Assembly: GCF_006345805.1 (NCBI RefSeq)
Contig: NW_021829128.1
Coordinates: 1 to 7,019, forward strand
Reading direction: 5' to 3'
Length of the DNA: 7,019 nt
DNA from: Octopus sinensis
Taxonomy: Eukaryota
The translations under genes and the position numbers were made by a program. The notes beneath the pieces were generated by a model. It did not search any database, was not told the origin of the DNA, and saw nothing but the letters and a program-made list of their open reading frames with translations. Shown here piece after piece: positions 5,576 to 7,019 of this stretch. The first letter of the stretch is position 1; each line of letters begins with the position of its first letter.

Positions 5576-5809
5576 AAGGCGGCGAGCTGGCAGAATCGTT
5601 AGCACGTCGGGCGAAATGCTTAGCGGTATTTCGGCTGCCGTTACGTTCTGAGTTCAAATTCCGCCGAGGTCGACTTTGCCTTTCATCCTTTCGGGGTCGA
5701 TAAATTAAGTACCAGTTACGCACCGGGGTCGATGTAATCGACTTAATCCGTTTGTCTGTCCATATTTGTCCCCTCTGTGTTTAGCCCCTTATGGGTAGTA
5801 AAGAAATTG
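5576..5809 (+). mobile_element. Full-length SINE monomer with tail A, probable ~17-bp TSD
   Basis: Highly similar to 2731-2960. Flanks GTAACATTTGTTCGAAG (5559-5575) and GTATCATTTGTCCAAAG (5810-5826) match 14/17. Confidence 0.95.
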
Positions 5810-5813
5810 GTAT

Positions 5814-5902
5814 CATTTGTCCAAAGTGCCGCGCGGTGAGAGCGAACCCGGTAACCACGTGGCTCGCGAACAAACCTATTACCGCACAACCACGCATGCG
5901 CC
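5814..5902 (-). mobile_element. 5' part (tRNA head plus start of CORE-like domain) of a third, older SINE family
   Basis: Minus strand GGCGCATGCGTGGTTGTGCGG (A-box-like), GGGTTCGCTCTC (B-box-like), GCGGCACTTTGGACAAATG (CORE-like). Family assignment is from memory of octopus SINEs. Confidence 0.7.
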
Positions 5903-6001
5903 TGTTGTCGCTGTTGCTTTATATTTGTGACACTTAATTTCAAGTCCCAGTGGCTCTTTATTTAGTTCCATGCTACTGGGGCTAACAGCTGTTGCTATGA
6001 C

Positions 6002-6007
<6 letters not shown>

Positions 6008-6036
<29 letters not shown>
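6008..6036. repeat. (TA)n microsatellite
   Basis: Direct reading. Confidence 0.97.
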
Positions 6037-6039
<3 letters not shown>

Positions 6040-6043
6040 CATT

Positions 6044-6510
6044 GTGATGGTTGCTAATATTCTTCTCGTCGCTTCTGTTGTCCTTTTTATTATTGTTACT
6101 ACTGCTGATGATGATGATGATGTTGTCACAACTATTTTTGTTGTTGCTGTTCTTAACTGCTTCTCTTGTAGTTGTTGTTTTTCTTTTCTTTCTCTCTCTT
6201 CTCTCTCCTCCTCCTCTCCCTCCTGCTCCTCTCTCCTTTCGTCGTCTCTATTTGTCTTTTTATGCTCTTTTCTTTCTCCCTCCTTCCCATCTCTCTCTCT
6301 CTCTCTCTCTCGGTTATTTGTCCACGACAGCTGCTAACGTTTCGTCTTCAGCAATTTCGTCTTAATTCGTATTTGTATTTTTAGTGCTCAGTTTTTAAAC
6401 ACGTGACAACCATTCACAGTGACGGTTGCTAATTGTTGTGGTTGTGGCTGTTGTTGTTGTTGTTGTCACTATTTTTGTTGTTGGATTGTTTTAACTTGTT
6501 TTTATCTTGG
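6044..6510. repeat. Low-complexity (GAT)n/(GTT)n/(TC)n region containing a diverged direct duplication
   Basis: GTGATGGTTGCTAAT (6044-6058) vs GTGACGGTTGCTAAT (6419-6433); TGTTGTCACAACTATTTTTGTTGTTG (6121-6146) vs TGTTGTCACTATTTTTGTTGTTG (6461-6483). Confidence 0.8.
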
Positions 6511-6570
6511 CTTCTTTATCTTTATTTTTATTTTCTACGTGTGCGTCTCTTTTGCACTCTTAAAGTCGTC

Positions 6571-6605
6571 CCTAGAGGAGATAACTACTCCGAAATGAAT
6601 GCATC
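6571..6605 (+). ncRNA. Degenerate hammerhead-ribozyme-like motif (probably inactive)
   Basis: CTAGA-GGAG[ATAACTA]CTCC-GAAA-TG[AATG]CA-TC: stem II, GAAA, stem III and an AUC triplet are present; the CUGANGA box is 2 nt short and there is no stem I. Confidence 0.25.
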
Positions 6606-6743
6606 CAACAGTCTTGTGTTGGGGAATGCGGTGAACAAACTATATTTACATCTCTTTATCTACAACAGGAGATTCCCTCCTTGACAAAATTCAATGAAAG
6701 GGTTCGAATACGCCTCAAGAATATCTCAAATGGAAACAAGTTT

Positions 6744-6803
6744 GTGTGTGTGCGTAATAAATATATATATATATATATATATATTTATATTCTCTTATAT
6801 ATA
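6744..6803. repeat. (TG)n-(TA)n microsatellite
   Basis: Direct reading. Confidence 0.92.
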
Positions 6804-6829
6804 TTCTACTTATTGTATAACATTACTCT

Positions 6830-6871
6830 TTTATGTACACTTTTTTATGTACACTCCTTTATGTACACTGT
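6830..6871. repeat. Three-copy 14-bp minisatellite (TTTATGTACACT + 2 variable nt)
   Basis: Identical 12-mers at 6830, 6844 and 6858. Confidence 0.9.
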
Positions 6872-7019
6872 TTTGTTCTACTTTTTTATGTTTAACCCTA
6901 TAGTTTCTTATGTGGTGGTTTAATAAAGTATGTGATTAGGTATTATCTGGTAATTGATATTTGATTTAGATGTATTTCCTCCATTTTCTTATCTTGTATT
7001 AGTAATTTGTGGTAAATCA

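Noticed and set aside
1852-5809. Recurrent similar sequences as a CRISPR array or tRNA gene cluster
   Set aside because: Units are 150-230 bp, irregularly spaced, on both strands, with SINE cores and tails; the heads do not form canonical cloverleaves and no cas genes are present.
6044-6923. Hydrophobic 70-104 aa ORFs resembling membrane or signal peptides
   Set aside because: They are translations of T-rich microsatellites (GTT, TC, TA).
6892-6927. TTAACCCT as a piggyBac end and AATAAA as a poly(A) signal
   Set aside because: Short motifs expected by chance in AT-rich DNA; no matching opposite end or upstream exon in the window.

Overview
Repeat-dense, AT-rich, non-coding eukaryotic DNA. 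The SINE families look like those of octopus/coleoid cephalopods; I recognised them from memory and did not check a database. No host protein-coding gene, rRNA, true tRNA or CRISPR array can be supported. The window contains compound microsatellites and seven monomers of one tRNA-headed SINE with a Deu/Nin-like core and two alternative 3' tails, including two tail-A/tail-B heterodimers with the same junction. It also holds two other tRNA-derived SINEs on the minus strand and a diverged tandem duplication split by a SINE. The most notable element is a ~570-bp insertion (4162-4728) flanked by a perfect 21-bp direct repeat. It carries a stop-free reading frame, a 15-bp hairpin over the stop codon and a 3' end nearly identical to SINE tail A, so it may be a piece of that SINE's partner retroelement. 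Other oddities are a perfect 45-bp palindrome, a decayed hammerhead-like motif and several strong plus-strand splice signals. Most ORFs in the supplied track are microsatellite or SINE artefacts.
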